Virus record (IMG/VR): IMGVR_UViG_3300037075_000004 | Coordinates: 1-64,000 of that record | From: a virus | Taxonomy: Duplodnaviria > Caudoviricetes | Length of the DNA stretch: 64,000 nt | Reading direction: 5' to 3' (one strand) | Shown: positions 62,475-64,000 of the stretch, in pieces | Layout of the letters: each line of letters starts with the position of its first letter | How positions within the stretch are numbered: position 1 is the first letter of the stretch | Notes under the pieces: model-generated | What the model was told of the DNA's origin: nothing | The model's database searches: none | Seen by the model: only the letters and a program-made list of their open reading frames with translations | Position numbers and translations under genes: made by a program

Positions 62475-62914
62475 AGAGGATTTTATTAATGTGCATATTA
62501 TGTACAGCCACTTTAGCGGGGCTTTGTCCTGAAAGAAAAGCGCTGTTCATTGAAAAATGTTATCCGATAGTGCATATATCTTATATCCGAATCGGGAGCC
62601 TCCTTAAAAAGCATAAAATATGGTACTCCGATATAGCGAAGGCGCAGATAAAACTCGAAACAGGGAGGTTAAAAAGCAAAATTTGTATAGAAAATAGAAA
62701 CTTGTTTGGGATGAGATATGCCCCGCAAAGAAAGACTACGGCAACCGGCCAAAGATATAACCATGCTATTTATAGTACATTTGAAAAATCTATTGAAGAC
62801 TATAAACTTTGGCAAGCATTGTATTATAAAGGTGGGGATTATTATACTTTTCTATGCCGAATGGGATATGCACAAGACAGAAATTATATTAAAAAACTTC
62901 GGGCAATAAAATAA
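62471..62914 (+). CDS. GH73 glucosaminidase-like peptidoglycan hydrolase with an N-terminal signal/anchor
   Basis: AQIKLETG...NRNLFGMR...Y.TFEKSIEDY...GYAQDRNY..KL. Confidence 0.8.
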   Translation: MKRILLMCILCTATLAGLCPERKALFIEKCYPIVHISYIRIGSLLKKHKIWYSDIAKAQIKLETGRLKSKICIENRNLFGMRYAPQRKTTATGQRYNHAIYSTFEKSIEDYKLWQALYYKGGDYYTFLCRMGYAQDRNYIKKLRAIK

Positions 62915-62977
62915 TTAAGGAAACATTAGGAAATCTCAAAAACTTGATTTACATTTGAACCATTAAAAAACAAGATT

Positions 62978-64000
62978 ATGAAAACAAAGAAAGAGGAAGT
63001 GACCGTTGGCGTGAAGGGTTTTGATAAAGACCTAAAGTGCCGTGGCTTTCAATACGAGGAAGGGGAAACATACAAAACGGGCAAAAAACCAATCCGTTGT
63101 ACCGAGAACGGTTTTCACTTTTGCGAGAACCCTATAGATGTATTTGGGTATTACCCGCCTTCCAATAGCAGATACCACGCCGTGGAGGGATTTGGAGAAA
63201 AAAGCACAGACGAAAGCGACAGCAAGATTGCGGTATCAAAAATCAAAATAGGCGCGGCAATAAGTCTTTTTGATATGATTAAATTGGGTGTCGAGTGCAT
63301 CTTAAAAAGAGTTAATTTCAAGGATGCTGCGGCTACCAATACCGGCGACCGTAGTGCGGCTACCAATACCGGCGACCGTAGTGCAGCTACCAATACCGGC
63401 AGCCGTAGTGCGGCTACCAATACCGGCGACCAGAGTGCGGCTACCAATACCGGCTACCAGAGTGCGGCTACCAATACCGGCGACCAGAGTGCGGCTACCA
63501 ATACCGGCGACCAGAGTGCGGCTACCAATACCGGCGACCAGAGTGCGGCTACCAATACCGGCTACCAGAGTGCGGCTACCAATACCGGCGACCAGAGTGC
63601 GGCTACCAATACCGGCGACCAGAGTGCGGCTACCAATACCGGCTACCAGAGTGCGGCTACCAATACCGGCTACCAGAGTGCGGCTACCAATACCGGCTAC
63701 CAGAGTGCGGCTACCAATACCGGCTACCAGAGTGCAGCTACCAATACCGGCTACCAGAGTGCAGCTACCAATACCGGCGACCAGAGTGCGGCTACCAATA
63801 CCGGCTACCAGAGTGCAGCATCTGTTGAAGGCAAGGAATCCATTGCTTGTGGTTTAGGAATTGAAAATAAAGCTAAGGCATCTTTGGGATCGTGGATTGT
63901 TTTGACCGAATGGGGGCAGGGCGACAACGGGGGATGGCATATCAAATCATTAAAATCTGCTAAAATTGATGGCAGGAAATTAAAGGCCGATGTTTGGTAT
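62978..64000 (+). CDS. Phage protein with SAATNTG nonapeptide repeats (DUF7666-like); 3' end runs off the window
   Basis: Absent from the ORF track. MKTKKEEVTVGVKGFDKDLKCRGFQYEEG...NGFHFCENPIDVFGYY...; repeat tract; then ASVEGKESIA.G.G...KAK...G.WIVL.EW. TACATTTG box at 62950-62957. Confidence 0.85.
   Translation, partial: MKTKKEEVTVGVKGFDKDLKCRGFQYEEGETYKTGKKPIRCTENGFHFCENPIDVFGYYPPSNSRYHAVEGFGEKSTDESDSKIAVSKIKIGAAISLFDMIKLGVECILKRVNFKDAAATNTGDRSAATNTGDRSAATNTGSRSAATNTGDQSAATNTGYQSAATNTGDQSAATNTGDQSAATNTGDQSAATNTGYQSAATNTGDQSAATNTGDQSAATNTGYQSAATNTGYQSAATNTGYQSAATNTGYQSAATNTGYQSAATNTGDQSAATNTGYQSAASVEGKESIACGLGIENKAKASLGSWIVLTEWGQGDNGGWHIKSLKSAKIDGRKLKADVWY
63329..63814 (+). repeat. 18 x 27-nt coding tandem repeat (AATNTG[D/Y/S][Q/R]S)
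   Basis: Unit GC[G/A]GCTACCAATACCGGC[GAC/TAC/AGC][CAG/CGT]AGT; 18 copies counted manually. Confidence 0.95.

Noticed and set aside
63329-63814. CRISPR array
   Set aside because: The units are directly contiguous with no unique spacers and translate in frame within a protein.
63324-63857. Track ORFs reading RLPIPAT (63324-63857) and VAALRSP (63151-63447)
   Set aside because: Shadow frames of the coding repeat; the real gene starts at ATG 62978 and has recognisable non-repeat domains.

Overview
This 64 kb window is part of a large dsDNA tailed phage genome with crAss-like (Crassvirales-related, podovirus-type) structural gene order. The host is almost certainly Bacteroidota: about 20 intergenic TAnnTTTG promoter boxes, A/T-rich start contexts, and DUF3127-like SSB and FISUMP genes. 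Layout: (1) 1-30 kb, minus strand: terminase, portal, scaffold-like gene, major capsid, ring/tail proteins, an apparently split muzzle/stabilisation gene, ejection proteins and signal-peptide-bearing proteins including a PL9-like beta-helix. (2) 30-38.8 kb: small genes, two glycosyltransferases, a GroES-like protein, two of the three free-standing endonucleases and an AAA+ ATPase. (3) 38.8-51.5 kb: a tightly coupled 17-gene operon for nucleotide-sugar synthesis and glycosylation (GDP-heptose enzymes, Gmd, aminotransferase, acetyltransferase, cupin, GalE-like, seven glycosyltransferases, three methyltransferase-like proteins) with no flippase, polymerase or membrane component. (4) 51.5-59 kb: GroES, a PAPS-reductase-like protein, a metallophosphoesterase, an atypical tRNA, a truncated replication initiator, a C5 methyltransferase with a nested alternative-frame ORF, and SSB. 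(5) 59.9-64 kb: small plus-strand early-type genes, a GH73 hydrolase and a 27-nt tandem-repeat protein. The best leads are the soluble glycan operon (candidate virion glycosylation, possibly with an unusual deoxy/amino-heptose), the nested methyltransferase partner, a promoter- and terminator-bounded ~270 nt structured RNA, a frame-independent enriched motif TTTAGCGGG, and several pseudoknot-like 5' leaders. All family calls come from motif recognition by eye; no database searches were run.
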